NCBI GenBank assembly: GCA_002269645.1
Contig: NIVC01000706.1
Coordinates: 61,411 to 125,410 of the forward strand
From: Macrostomum lignano
Taxonomy: Eukaryota
Direction: 5' to 3'
DNA: 64,000 nucleotides
How positions within the stretch are numbered: the stretch's first letter is position 1; each line of letters opens with the position of its first letter. The position numbers were made by a program, and so were the translations under genes. The notes under the pieces are model-generated. The model saw nothing but the letters and a program-made list of their open reading frames with translations. It had not been told where the DNA came from and searched no databases. This document shows positions 11,909 to 29,402 of this stretch, piece by piece.

Positions 11909-13062
11909 GTAAACCTTGCTTTCACCCAAGGAAGACGAGAAGTTACAGTCGTACAGTCTTTGTTCTTTGTAGCAGATAGTGCAATTTTTTTTAAATCTCG
12001 CTTGTTGTTCGTTGCTTGCCTTAAAAAAGCATTCTATTTGACTTTCTTATAGAAACCTCCACTAGCTTTGTGCTTAAAAAGCGTTTATACCGGTATAGTT
12101 TATTAAGCCTTTAACCTGTTAAATCTGCATATTTGAAGTCATTTATATGTCACTGCATGCAACCTTGCGATTACGTATTTACCATTGTCAATTTTAGACG
12201 ATTCATTTTTGAACCTGATTAACACTACTTTTAGTAGAAACGATTTCTTACGCGAGCATCCGGATTTAAACTTGTCCACAGCTACAGTAAAATATCCAAC
12301 CTGAATTTTTTACAAGACGGATTCATATTGCTAATATGCTCGTTTCAATCAGTTTGGCTCCTCTAGGCCGTCTAGGGAGCAATGTTAGGTATCAGAAAAT
12401 TAGCTCCTCTATCCATCATGATTGAGTCGCGTACATGTACATGCATAACTAAGATTAATTTCTTTGCCAGTCATGCCTCCCAGACCGAGGAGGAATTCTC
12501 TACTCCTAGAAGCAAATGAGCAAAGCAAGTTTTTTAGAGATTTGTGCACGGCTAATCTAAATTGCTAACTTGATGCTAATTTATTATCCGAACAGCATAC
12601 GAGTTCCTGTCTCAAAATTCATGCTATGAAGATCCGTTTTGCTACCAAAAACTGAAGATAATTTATATCATCCAAGAAACTACCCATCAGTCAATCAGGG
12701 AACTTCTAACCTTCCTTGGTACATGCAGATAAATTTGCTCCACTCTGATTTATAATCCTATACTTTCCAATCAAGAGAAGATGCTGAGAAAAATGTCAAA
12801 TTATTTTAGAAATAGTGAGTTTGAGCAAGGAATTTGTGACTTGAGAACTATACGTAAGTATTGAGAAATAGATCCCTCACTGCTTTAACTTTACATTAAA
12901 GAAATTTTAGACATAATGGAGTTTTCATCAACCAATTTAAACAAAATAATCTATACACTTTTTGGACAAGATTCATACGAGCCGTAGATTCACAACTCGG
13001 CCTCATTAAAAGTCAACAACCGAATTGCAGCTAGCAAAAAAGCAGCAAGATAAACACTTCAC

Positions 13063-13460
13063 CCCAGCGTCTCCGCCGCCTTCTTTCGAATTCCTTTCGG
13101 CGGCAGCGGCGGCCAGCTGCCGATCACGGCCTCCTGGCCCGAGGAGCCCCCAGCGACGCTGACAGACAGTCTGGCTGGCTGATCACTCTCCAGCTGCTCG
13201 GTCGGAACCGCCACCGGTGTTTGAGTTCGATTCTGCGAAAAAGAACATCGATTGTTTCCCGGTGCCGCCCGTCGGTCGTTGGCCCGAGCGCCGTCGCAGC
13301 GGTCTTCGAGGCAGCAGTCCAGATGCATGGGCGACAGCTTTCCACCGCACAGCTCGCTTCCGTTCCAGACTGGTGGCGATCCGAACTGCAGCGGCAGCTT
13401 GAGAGATGGCGAAGAGTCTGGATGGCCGCCCTGCTGCTGCTGCTGCCTCAGAGAGTGCAT
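13063..13460 (-). CDS. Probable alternative first coding exon of orphan gene B (MHSLRQQQQQGG...KKAAETLG)
   Basis: GC-rich ORF starting at ATG 13460. Donor GG|GTGAAG at 13062 gives phase 2, compatible with the 8105 acceptor; the donor is only moderate. Confidence 0.5.
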
Positions 13461-14583
13461 TGCGCCTTCTGCTTTTGATTGCTAGTTTTCCTTACTACAA
13501 CCCCTCTCAGAGGAAGGTGCCGGTTGGTTGCAGACTTCTGTCTGTCTGTTTCCTCTCGCCACTGTTTAGCAGCGCAGCGAAGTCCAAGCTAAGACAGCTG
13601 ATGAAAGCCGGGAAATGGAAAGCGAAATGGCTAAGTATGCTGCAGCTGTCTGCCTGCTTCTGACGTTCCTCAGGGAAAACGAGAAAGAAATATGAAGGGC
13701 GAAAGCTTTAGTCCACAGCCTGCCTTATCGTAACTCTTTACGCCACAGCTGTTTTTGCGGAGCGATTCTTTATTAAAAATCCGCTGGTATTCTTTGCTTC
13801 GATATTTTCTTCTGAGAATCCGCTTTATTACTCTGTCGACCACTTTACGCTGTGGAGGAGAACTATTAATAATCTCTCCACCTAGATAGTCTAGGTTGGT
13901 AAGTTTCCTAATCAGTCAGTTTGCTTTATTAGCGAGCCACTAATCTTCTAGCCGGGCGGCGCTGTCTCGTTCCACGTCGACTGCCCTCAGGCGAGTTGGA
14001 GCTTGGGCTTAAAATGGAGAAAAGAAAGTGCTGGGAAAGTATAGAGCCAATGAGCAGTCTTGAGTTCCATTCGCTCGCCTGAGATGCAATCGCATCAACC
14101 CATCATCTTTCTCATGCGCCTGGAGCTGACTCCCCCTACTAGTAGCCGACAGGGGCCTTTTGACCACTCGCTCTTTCGCTTTTCACCGCTTCGGGCCAGC
14201 TCTGTGTTTCTCTTCGCTGGACTGGACGACCCACTTTTTTCGCTCCACCAGGCATCATTTGTAATGAAAGTGGCATTCCAGGAGCTCCTCACGCGGCCTA
14301 CAGTCTTGCTGATCGCGCGGAATCAATCAAATATTTCATTTCCATCTACTTATCAGTGAGCTAGCTATACTCACTGAGTCCACTGCTCAGAGGGTTCCTT
14401 GAATCCCTAATAACTCTATCAGTATGCATCCACGCCACGATCTCTCCAGGGGTCACAAATGCTCTGTGCCCAATCCATAATCAAAATTAGAGTAATGCAA
14501 ATAAAAATTTGCACATAGAATGAGACCAAGCCAGTAAAACCATGTCTAAGACTTTGAGACAACTGTAAAGTATATATTATATA

Positions 14584-14737
<154 letters not shown>

Positions 14738-17700
14738 TAGATGATTGGAAGTTCCCACTTTTCTGTTGCAGAATTTGGGCGGTCAGCTCATTAGGTAGTT
14801 CATGCCGGCTGGGCAGGTAACAAGTCTGTTTTACAGCTATAGTAAAAAAATTGGCTTCCTAGAAGAATCGAAAGTAGACAGGAGAACTGATGCAGCCTTG
14901 TTGCATCTTAATTATCCTCTCATCATCTATCGTTGAGGATTTGAGACTTTTCTGTTTCTAATAACATATATTTTACTTCCTGCTACAGGATTTGATAAGA
15001 AACAAAACTATAGTTGAAAATATTTCTAATATATACAAAATTTAATGCATTTACTTCTTTGATTCATTCTAATCACGATATATATTGCTCGTACATTAAA
15101 TGACTCTGGCTTGCCAATACGCGACCACAAGCCGTTTAATGCACGCTTTTACACATTTAAATCGTGTTACAATGGGTGATCAAACATGGCTGCAGAAGAG
15201 ATGCAACGAATCTCTAACAGTTGGCCATGTCTGCTAAATACGCTCGCACATGTACACACTTTCTATAAAAGCCATCTGTTCTGTCTGTCTAGCAGGCCCC
15301 AAGCTTGTGTTTTGCATTTTTCGATGTTTGGCACAAGTAATACATTGCTGGAACTCAGTAAAACTTTATGATGCGCTTGGCTGATGCATGCAAATTTTAG
15401 TACCGAGTCTCGCTTGCCCTGACATGCACTTGGGCCGGTTTCCATGGACGAACGAAAATATTTCAAGCCATCGAGATCGCGGATGGAGCTTATAATTGGG
15501 GCTCTAGGTTTTTAGTGACTAAGCGCCGAGCCGCACGGAGAAGGTAGCAAAAATGTGCACAGAATTTAAACAAAACAGCCCCGCCCGGTCGATATAGAGC
15601 GAATCGAGTTGGTCAATCTGCTCCCTTTCCTCGCTAAGATGGTTATTGCTGGTATAAGATGGTTATTGCAGCACTTTTCAGTATGCAGACACTCAAAAGA
15701 CGCGTGCAGATTTTATGCCTCAATCTCCTGGCATCAAATCTCTGGGGTCGTTCGCATCCGAACGCTGTGCCAATCGATGGCTAATGGAAGTATAGAAGTG
15801 CAGGCAGGAAGTCATAAATTTTCCGTTGTTGGAGAGCACAGCCAGCGAGTTAATGGATCGCGTCTTGTAGAGATGGTTCTGACTGTCAGGACTTTTGTCT
15901 TTGATTTATCCAGCTAGGAAAGATATATTTAGGCTTGGTTATGAGTACACGTGTTGCAAGATCACGAAAGTGTACTTTTTATGGAGACTTTAATATTACG
16001 AATTAATAACTACATACAGCACATCGCTTGCTTCATTTTTGTCGGGTGATAAAAGACCCCACGATATTCAGTATGCTGGTTTGGACGACCTAAGCAATTA
16101 TAGGAATGAGTTTTAGTTTAGTAAGAAAAAAACAATATTTAGATGTATGATGAACAAAGATGTATGAACCATGGCGCAACAATGAGGCAATTTTGCTGAC
16201 TCCTGAGCAAGAGCGCCAATACTGCAGTGCGCAGGCACACACTAACACTGGGACCTTGCAAGTATAGTTCATCTGTATGCGCATGAGATTTTACTAAAGT
16301 TTCACGTGTCGAATGTATCAAAGTGTGCGGGTTTTCTGGGTCCTATAAAGAGCTACTTATAATATTTTGGTAGAACCTGTCATCTATTTTGCAGTCCTGT
16401 CCTAGACTACTCATAAGTAGTCAAAAGTGATTTTCACATTTCTTAGAGTGAAAAATCGAATTTTAGTGATAATCAGCTAATCGTCTCTTCTCATATTCTT
16501 CAGTCTCCTTTAAAGTCGAAGTAAAACCGAGATTTAATTAGTAAGCAGTTTATTTAAAAGGAACATTAGCAACTTCTCACAGGGATTGTATAAAAGAAGT
16601 CAAAGATAACGAAAATAGAAGATTACGGAGGCTTGTTTCGGATCACCATAAGAAAGTCTAAAAGAAATTGCTAATATGCACAACTAACTCCCTCGAGGAG
16701 GTCGAGGAGGCTTTCCTTTAAACCTTTTAATAGTAAAAAAAGGCTTGTAAAAATGTAATAAATAAAAATTCGCCGGAAGGCTGTGGGCACCCTGGCTGGC
16801 GCAACGCCTTTAGCGACATCAATCTCGCAACATCAGCGCTGACGGCAATTTGAAGAGAGTTATTTAACCATATCGTAATGCTCTACTTAAAGTAATATTC
16901 TAAGGAAGTCAATTTCTTCCAAAATGAGTCATATCTATTTTAGGAACCGCGCGCAAACAGAGTGATTTAGAACCCTACATTGTTTTGATCAAGGAACCGG
17001 ATTTCAACAGCTGTATTTGTTTAACTCCATATATGGTAATGTTCAATCATGCATGACCGCTTAATCAAACATTTATGACCTAAGTAAATACCCAATCCCA
17101 AACCGGTTTTTCTCCAAAATTTTGCTATAAATATAAGTGAAAATTCGAGTTAAAAATTCAGACTCAGAGCGGTCTCTAAGAAGAATCTGAAGGAACAAAG
17201 AAGACCAATCTCTGAGGGAACACACTTGTCCAATTTGTAAGCGTTTACCGGATTCAGTTCTTTGATTGTTAGCGTTAATATGTTGATTAATTGAGTTATA
17301 CAATAGCAGTTCATTGTCGATACATTTGAGAAAGGCCTCCTTGTTTCCTAAGATACATTCCTAGAGGATTTATTGATTTAATTGAGTTATTTGTTACGTT
17401 TCGAACGTAACGAAGAAGCCGCCCTTCAGGAGGACCTATCACAGAAACTTAGAGAATTCAATTGTTCACTAGGGCGCACGTTCTATTGTTGATTCCGAGC
17501 TCGAGGACTGTCAAGAAATTCTGATTCGCTCTCGTCTTTGGTCGACCCACAGATAAAAGTCAAGGACTCACGGAGGCAACGAGTCACCTAAGCCAAACCA
17601 AGACGTCTACAAGCCACTAAAGGATCCGCTGCAGTAAGAGTTATTTGATTTTGCATATACCTAGGCACTAGTTCCCCAGTGTCTAGAAGGGGGAGTTTTT

Positions 17701-17820
17701 GAGTGACTGATCACCACTCTTAAACTCTTCAAATTCTGAGCACACGCAAGCGCGTCAAACAGGCACGCACTCAAGCACACGATCACACAGAGTGCACAGC
17801 AGGCCTGACTTTCTAATCCT

Positions 17821-18150
17821 CAGGCATGTACACTCTCTGTGCCTTGATGATTGGCCCTCATGGTGGTGAATCGCACAGGCATGTACACTCTCTGTGCCTT
17901 GATGATTGGCCCTCATGGTGGTGAATCGCACAGGCATGTACACTCTCTGTGCCTTGATGGTTGGCCCTCATGGTGGTGAATCGCACAGGCATGTACACTC
18001 TCTGTGCCTTGATGGTTGGCCCTCATGGTGGTGAATCGCACAGGCATGTACACTCTCTGTGCCTTGATGGTTAGCCCTCATGGTGGTGAATCGCACAGGC
18101 ATGTACACTCTCTGTGCCTTGATGGTTGGCCCTCATGGTGGTGAATCGCA
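17821..18150. repeat. 55-bp tandem repeat x6 derived from a SINE body
   Basis: CAGGCATGTACACTC units start at 17821, 17876, 17931, 17986, 18041 and 18096. The unit and left flank match the single-copy segment at about 58750-58850. Confidence 0.9.
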
Positions 18151-18457
18151 CGAGACAAACCTGGTAAATTTTCGTGCACACAAGCCTCAAAGGTCGTGAG
18201 GCACGAGAGTCATGCGCGGTTAACGCCGAGCTGCTGTGCCCACTTATGATGATACTTACCATTCAAGGAATTATAGTAAATCAAATGTAGCTATCTCAAA
18301 TGTTTGAAATTAAAAATTTCATTCTGAAAGGCGCGCTATTTAAGCATCTTCCACAGTCTAAAAGTACATGGTAGTCTAAACATGGCGAAGATTCCCCTGC
18401 CTGGAATCTGCCAACCCAACAGCAACGCCGCAAATCAAAGGCAGCGGCCCGCCTCAC

Positions 18458-18865
18458 CTCTTGTCCAGCTCCTTGTTGCTCATCTGTCCTGGCGCAATGC
18501 TGTACACGCCAAGTAGAATGCTGGTGGCGTCCTGACGCAACACGCCGGCGTTCTGACGCAACAGTCGCTGCAGTCGCAGTTTGGTTTCCGGTGCCATGGC
18601 GTCAAGACGGCCACCGGCCGCTGCCCGATACTGACGTCGGTTTGTCGACGCTGGCGACAGCGGCTGCGGCTTCAACATGGTTGTCGGCGACGCTGCTGAG
18701 AGCCTGCAGCTGTCGTCTGGCTGTTGGCTTGCTTGAATCCCACCGCCGAGAAGGGTCAGCTCCGTTGCTGAGCTGTCGTGAATCTCGTGATGCTGATCTT
18801 CTGGTTGTGGAGATGCCGGGCGATCAACGCGAGTGGAGCTCGATGCAGTCGACGGTTGATGGCGC
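18458..18865 (-). CDS. Internal exon of orphan gene B (RHQPSTASS...RLQRLLRQNAGVLRQDATSILLGVYSIAPGQMSNKELDK)
   Basis: Acceptor ACCAACAG| at 18866 and donor AG|GTGAGG at 18457. 408 nt, phase 2 to phase 2. Confidence 0.65.
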
Positions 18866-19193
18866 CTGTTGGTAGTTTTGGGTTGATGAGAACTGATGCC
18901 AAGTTGTGTTATTTTCAAGCAAACTTACGTACTGGACAACAACAAAGCAAGATGCAAGTGCATGTAGTTGCATGTACAAAATCTAAAAATAGGCATAAAA
19001 AAGAAATGACAGAAAATATTTAAAAGAGAGTGTAAGATAAAATCTGTGAAGGACTGTTTAAGAGGCAATCTCTGATCATGATCAATGGTCTCTGTATCAA
19101 TTTATTCTTCATTCTGAGTCTTTCTGTCATTCTCCTTGCCTGATCTGGCGCTTTATGTACCCGATAAAAGAAGGGTATTGTGTGTATTTTTTC

Positions 19194-24033
<4,840 letters not shown>

Positions 24034-24169
24034 GTGTATTTTTTCCTATCCACTTGGTACAAAATATTTGTAGCGTTTTGTCAAACGACAAGAAAAACTT
24101 ATTTCTTGTCCTCTTGAACCCGTTTAGGCTACAGATGAGGAGAAGAGGCTTGAGTTTAGGGCGGGTTTG

Positions 24170-25172
24170 AAGTAGGCACCATCATGAAGATATAGTGTAG
24201 GTGTCATAAGGGTGTGTAATGTAGGACCCATCATGAGGATTTAGTTTGGGCGCCATCATGAGGATGTGTAATGTAGGCGCCATCATGAGAATGTCTAGTG
24301 TGGGCGCCATCATGAGGATGTTTAATGTAGGTGCCATCATGAGGATGTGTAATGTAGGTGCCATCATGAGAATGTGTAATGTAGGCGCCATCATGAGGAT
24401 GTGTAATGTAGGTGCCATCATGAGGATGTGTAATGTAGGTGCCATCATGAGGATGTTTAATGTAGGTGCCATCATGAGGATGTGTAATGTAGGCGCCATC
24501 ATGAGAATGTCTAGTGTGGGCGCCATCATGAGGATGTTTAATGTAGGTGCCATCATGAGGATGTGTAATGTAGGTGCCATCATGAGAATGTGTAATGTAG
24601 GCGCCATCATGAGGATGTGTAATGTAGGTGCCATCATGAGGATGTGTAATGTAGGCGCCATCATGAGGATGTGTAATGTAGGTGCCATCATGAGGATGTG
24701 TAATGTAGGTGCCATCATGAGGATGTTTAATGTAGGTGCTATCATGAGGATGTGTAATGTAGGTGCCATCATGAGGATGTGTAATGTAGGCGCCATCATG
24801 AGGATGTGTAATGTAGGCGCCATCATGAGGATGTGTAATGTAGGCGCCATCATGAGGATGTGTAGTGTAGGCGCCATCATGAGGATGTGTAATGTAGGCG
24901 CCATCATGAGGATGTTTAATGTAGGTGCTATCATGAGGATGTGTAATGTAGGTGCCATCATGAGGATGTGTAATGTAGGCGCCATCATGAGGATGTGTAA
25001 TGTAGGCGCCATCATGAGGATGTGTAATGTAGGCGCCATCATGAGGATGTGTAATGTAGGCGCCATCATGAGGATGTGTAATGTAGGCGCCATCATGAGG
25101 ATGTTTAATGTAGGTGCCATCATGAGGATGTGTAATGTAGGCGCCATCATGAGGATGTGTAGTGTAGGTGCC
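24170..25172. repeat. 27-bp minisatellite (AATGTAGGCGCCATCATGAGGATGTGT), ~36 copies
   Basis: Strict 27-bp periodicity. Confidence 0.97.
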
Positions 25173-25249
25173 ATTAGTACGCAACCCGGGCTACGTAAGG
25201 TTAACCGACATGTATCGAAAACATTTCTACTAAGCCAAGCAAGGCTTAC

Positions 25250-25470
25250 CCGTTGGCAGACACCAGACGATACTGCTGCAATTCTTGTACAAATGAGTCG
25301 CCGGAGTCCATGGAGGAAAGTAGCGAGTCGGGCACGTAGGCTGCATTTTCGTAGGCACCACTGCAGTGAGACTCTTTGATCACTTCCGCGGTGACTGTGC
25401 GCCGGTGCCTGTCTGCTGCCGCGTTCCATGTTGGAGAACTGGATGAACAGCCATCGGCACTGGCGTCTTC
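25250..25470 (-). CDS. Internal exon of orphan gene B (EDASADGCSSSS...YENAAYVPDS...LVSANG)
   Basis: CACAG| acceptor at 25471 and donor GG|GTAAGC at 25249. Phase 0 to phase 2, matching the 33112 donor and the 18865 acceptor. Confidence 0.55.
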
Positions 25471-25489
25471 CTGTGCGGCATGTGATTTG

Positions 25490-25760
25490 ATTCAGGATAA
25501 TGTCATTCTGGGTGCTGTGATTCGGGATGATGTGATTAGGGATGATGTCATTCTGGATGATGTCATTCTGGATGATGTCATTCTGGATGATATCATTCTG
25601 GATGATGTCATTCTGGGGAATGCGATTCAAGATAATGTGATTCTGGGCGATGTGATTCGCGATGATGTCATTCTGCGTGAATTGATTCAGGATAACGTGA
25701 CTCTGGGTGATGTCATTCTGCATGTGATATGATTCGTGATGATGTGGGATGATGTGATTC
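25490..25760. repeat. 15-bp minisatellite (GATGATGTCATTCTG)
   Basis: About 17 degenerate units. Confidence 0.9.
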
Positions 25761-26932
25761 AGAGTGACAATGCTTCCGGGACACAAGCGCTGATCTGATG
25801 CATACAATAGCTACGAGTATTATGAGATGCATACGAGGCTCGTACTAGCAAGATTCTGTAAATTTGAAAAAAACTAACTGAAACAATAATGCAAATTTGA
25901 CTTGCATTTAGAGCACAGAACTTACCATAACAAAGAAATCTACTAGTACCGAATCTAGAAGAATGTCAACTCGTAAAATTAAACAGAAAAAAATTGTTTT
26001 TCTTCGAATAAATTAGAAAACTAGAGAAAGGTGCTTTCAGAACTTAGGACAGAAATTTGTCTGCTTTTGCCCATTTTCATATGGGAAACAGCGTGCGCGG
26101 TTCCTCTTGGCCAATCGAGCTGGGCAGAGTTAGAGAAGCGGGGTACAGGGTAGGGATAAAAGACGGGCATGACAGACTCAAACAGGAAAGGTTGAGCATA
26201 GGCTTTCTTTTAGTCCAGAGGGTCTGTCAGAGAGGGCGCAGGTGCACTGCATGCTCAAAGCCTGCCTGCCCGCCTCAGCCTCTGCCGCCTCATCCGCCCT
26301 CAGCTCAGCTCGCTTTGCCTCACTCTCTCCCCCCTGTCCACCTCAATCCCAAATCCAAGCCCCTGCAGTCGCGAGCGCCATAGAAATGGGATGAGTTTCC
26401 AAATCGTAGCCAATATATGACAACGGTTACAAGGGCTTGCTACGTTGGACAGTCTAAAAGAGGAATGAGAACGATAGGGAAGACATCGGGGCAGGGGAGG
26501 TGAGGAATTTTGGAGGGTGTTCTAAGGAGGGGTGCCAACGAATGGAAAACTGAAATTCTCGCGTCGAGCTTCAATCCGTTTTATCAGTTAGCTTTCATTT
26601 CTGAAAATTTTGCCTAGTTGAATTCGGAAGCAGGGTGGGAGCTTAAACTGGCTAAAACTGGATTATGACGGGACGGGGATTAGGAGTAATTAAAACTGAA
26701 TTTATTAAAGCTAAATAGCTCCTGTGTTTTGTCTGGTGGTTGAAAAAACAAGAAAATCAAAAAATGGCAGATTATAGCATTAGAAGATTATAACATCATA
26801 ACAGATTATAACATTAGAAGATAGCCGAATTGTTTCTTTGACATGTGCGAGTAATATACCAGCCAATTTCGAGCCGACGTCATCAAATTGGTTTTTCCAC
26901 AGACCCACACTTTTGGGCCATAGACAATGGGG

Positions 26933-27034
26933 GTTAACTGGAAGAGAGAACTCCAGGCAACGGCCAAATTTCCACTCGCGGCTAGCGCCGCTCGTGGCTT
27001 TGGCCGTTGCCTGGAGTTCTCTCTTCCAGTTAAC
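26933..27034. repeat. Perfect 36-bp inverted repeat with 30-nt spacer
   Basis: GTTAACTGGAAGAGAGAACTCCAGGCAACGGCCAAA (26933-26968) and its exact reverse complement at 26999-27034. Confidence 0.97.
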
Positions 27035-27275
27035 TTCATTGCAGGAAATATCTATGGCACGAATCGAAGTGGCCCAGAAGGAGGAGGCACAAACGTCTAT
27101 GGCACGAAAGCCAAAAGGCGTGGAGAGTTCATGGCAATGACAATCCTATTGATTGAATGGAGGGTTGAAATGTCTATGGCAAAACTTTCAGTGGGGGTGA
27201 AGGGGTTTGTGTGAGGGATTCCCAGGCAGTAAGTAGTCTGTCCAAACCTGTTGATTCAAGAGTTTTCTGTCCATC

Positions 27276-28732
27276 ATGAGCGACCCGATAATACATTATA
27301 TTAATTGGGGTAACCTCCCGTGTGAGGACCTCGGCAACATCACGCAGGATGAACTGAACTTCCTCTCGGAATCCTCTGCCGTTGATCGGCACGACGAAGA
27401 TTTCGATGCGTTCCTGAAGTATGTCCAAAATGGTCCAGCTGATACTGGGCTGCCAATGATCGATGGAGATGAAAAGATAGACGTTTCCGAGATGGACAGA
27501 ATCGAGATCGAGAGTCTGCCTGAGGATACTCGGAAGCAGATGTACCAGCATGGCCAACGTTTTCGAGACTTCCTGGAAGGGGAGAATCTGCGCAACATTC
27601 AGCATGTCAACAATCCTACATTGAACCAATATCTTCGGTACTTCTACTTCAAGCTGAAGAAACAGGATGGCTCGTTCTACTCGCCGGCCTCTCTCATCTG
27701 TATCCGGGCTGGAATTCAGCGTTTCCTACGCATGGTTCTGAAGCTGCCTGTCGATATAATCGGTGGTGAGGAATTCAATTCCTGCAACGAGATGCTGCGT
27801 GTCAAGGTTCGTGATTTCCATCGAGATGGTGGCTGCACCAGGCAGTATGAACCAATTGAAGAAGGCGACATGCAGAAGTTGCGGTGCTACTTTGAAGGGA
27901 CTACGGCTGAAATCGAGCAGGCTAAATTTCTGTTCTATGTTCTTTACTCCTTTGGAGAGCGTGGCCAGGAGCATCTGAAGTTCCTGAGACAAAGGGACTC
28001 GCTTGAATTGCACACGGATTCTGACGGCAAGGAGTACTACTGTCTTCCTGCTCTGCCAACGAAGAATAAGTCAGCCGATCCTGTGAAGGCGAAGGCCAGG
28101 CCGGACAACAAACAAGCTCGGATCTACGACACGGCCAAAGTGAGGAGATATCTACAACTGCTACCTCCAACAACCAAGGACAACCATCTGTTCCCGCGTC
28201 CACTATCCAACACGGATTCCAATGGACAGCCTATGTTCTCAACAAAGCAGAATCGCGGGGAGAACTACTTCCTGCGTTTCATGCGAAACTTGAGCGAGAA
28301 GGCCGGTTTGTCCAAGATGTACACGAATCATTGCATTCGGTAAGCCTTTTTCTTCATATTGCTTTAAACCAGTTGCATATTTTCTATGCAATACTTTATT
28401 TCTGTTGTAGAGTGAGCAGGATTGCTGATCTAGAGGCTGCTGGGTACAACCTGGCTGACATCATGTCGATAACCGGTCAGGTTTCTGAGAGGACAACTCG
28501 CCGTTACCTGTCCAAGCGCCGTGATCGCTCGCTGCAGTCTACCAGTGAGGCTGTTTCTATGGCACTTGATTTGAATGGTTCTTCACAAGCTGTTGCGACT
28601 CCATTGCGTGAGAGTTCACCGGTGCCAGTACCTGTGTCGTCTTCCGTGCAGATCACCGGCATCAGTCATGACAATCCGTCGGTCAGGTACAGTTTCCACA
28701 ACTGTTCATTCAATGGTTGCAAATTTGAGTAA
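27276..28732 (+). CDS. Crypton/DUF3504-type tyrosine recombinase, two exons (27276-28339, 28411-28732), 461 aa
   Basis: Motifs LRYFYFKLKKQDGSFYSPASLICIRAGIQRFL, FGERG, TKN, YTNHCIR, IMSITGQ.SERTTRRY and C-terminal FHNCSF match DUF3504-type YRs (Crypton, ZMYM/KCTD1/QRICH1 relatives). The 71-nt intron CG|GTAAGC...TTGTAG|A restores the frame. Confidence 0.88.
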
Positions 28733-29054
28733 TGGACTCAACCGTCGTATTTTCTGGACTTTCTCCTGCTGTCGTGATGAGAACATGACCATAGGTTAGA
28801 CTTGCACTCAATTGACTAAGCAGTGTTATTGTTGGAACATTTTTTGTTGGACTTCAATAAATATAAGAATTTCACGCTTCGTGTTACTTTTTTCGCCTAT
28901 GGTATTGTTGTCCAGTCTTGTTATTTTACCTCCAGAAAATGGCCGGTCATTGTCCGGAGGTCATTGCCATGAACAAATATTTCGGGCAATGAAGAGGAAG
29001 TCTTGTATAGCTCGATTCTATCACTAATGATTTACTAATTGCTTGCCTATAGGG

Positions 29055-29344
29055 CATGGATGAAGGAATAGAAAGGATCGCTCATCTGAAAGCGAGTATA
29101 TGGCCGAGGCTTCCTAAAAATTGGGATATTCACCCCATGAATTTTATTGGCTGCTAGAATTTAATAATTGTACCCCCCCCCCTAAGTTCTTACAGGCTGA
29201 AGCTTATACTCGGAGGAAATTCCAAAGTCACGATTAACGTGCATGCTAGGCTGTAGTATAATGAACATAGAGAACCTATGCACGTAGACTCGTTACCATA
29301 GACTCGCTTTCAGATGAGCGATCCTTTCTATTCCTTCATCCAAG
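29055..29344. mobile_element. MITE-like element with ~41-bp perfect inverted arms
   Basis: TGGATGAAGG...AAAGCGAGT (29057-29097) is the reverse complement of 29302-29342. Confidence 0.75.
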
Positions 29345-29402
29345 CTATAGGGTCAATTGGCTTGAAATAATGCTATAGAGCATGGTGTGAGCCTTATATT
29401 AC

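Noticed and set aside
9016-11929. ORFs of 969, 707, 693, 231 and 228 aa made of 10-aa repeats
   Set aside because: They are translations of a 30-bp satellite that is open in several frames on both strands; a 1-bp indel swaps frames, and there is no unique domain or splice context.
15186-17303. Short ORFs between the 18458 and 13460 exons as extra exons
   Set aside because: No acceptor/donor pair gave a stop-free, phase-2-compatible exon.
24182-25807. 541-, 377- and 317-aa repeat ORFs (MAPTLHILM, THPHDGAYI, QNDII)
   Set aside because: They come from the 27- and 15-bp minisatellites. The real coding exon inside (25470-25250) is in a different frame.
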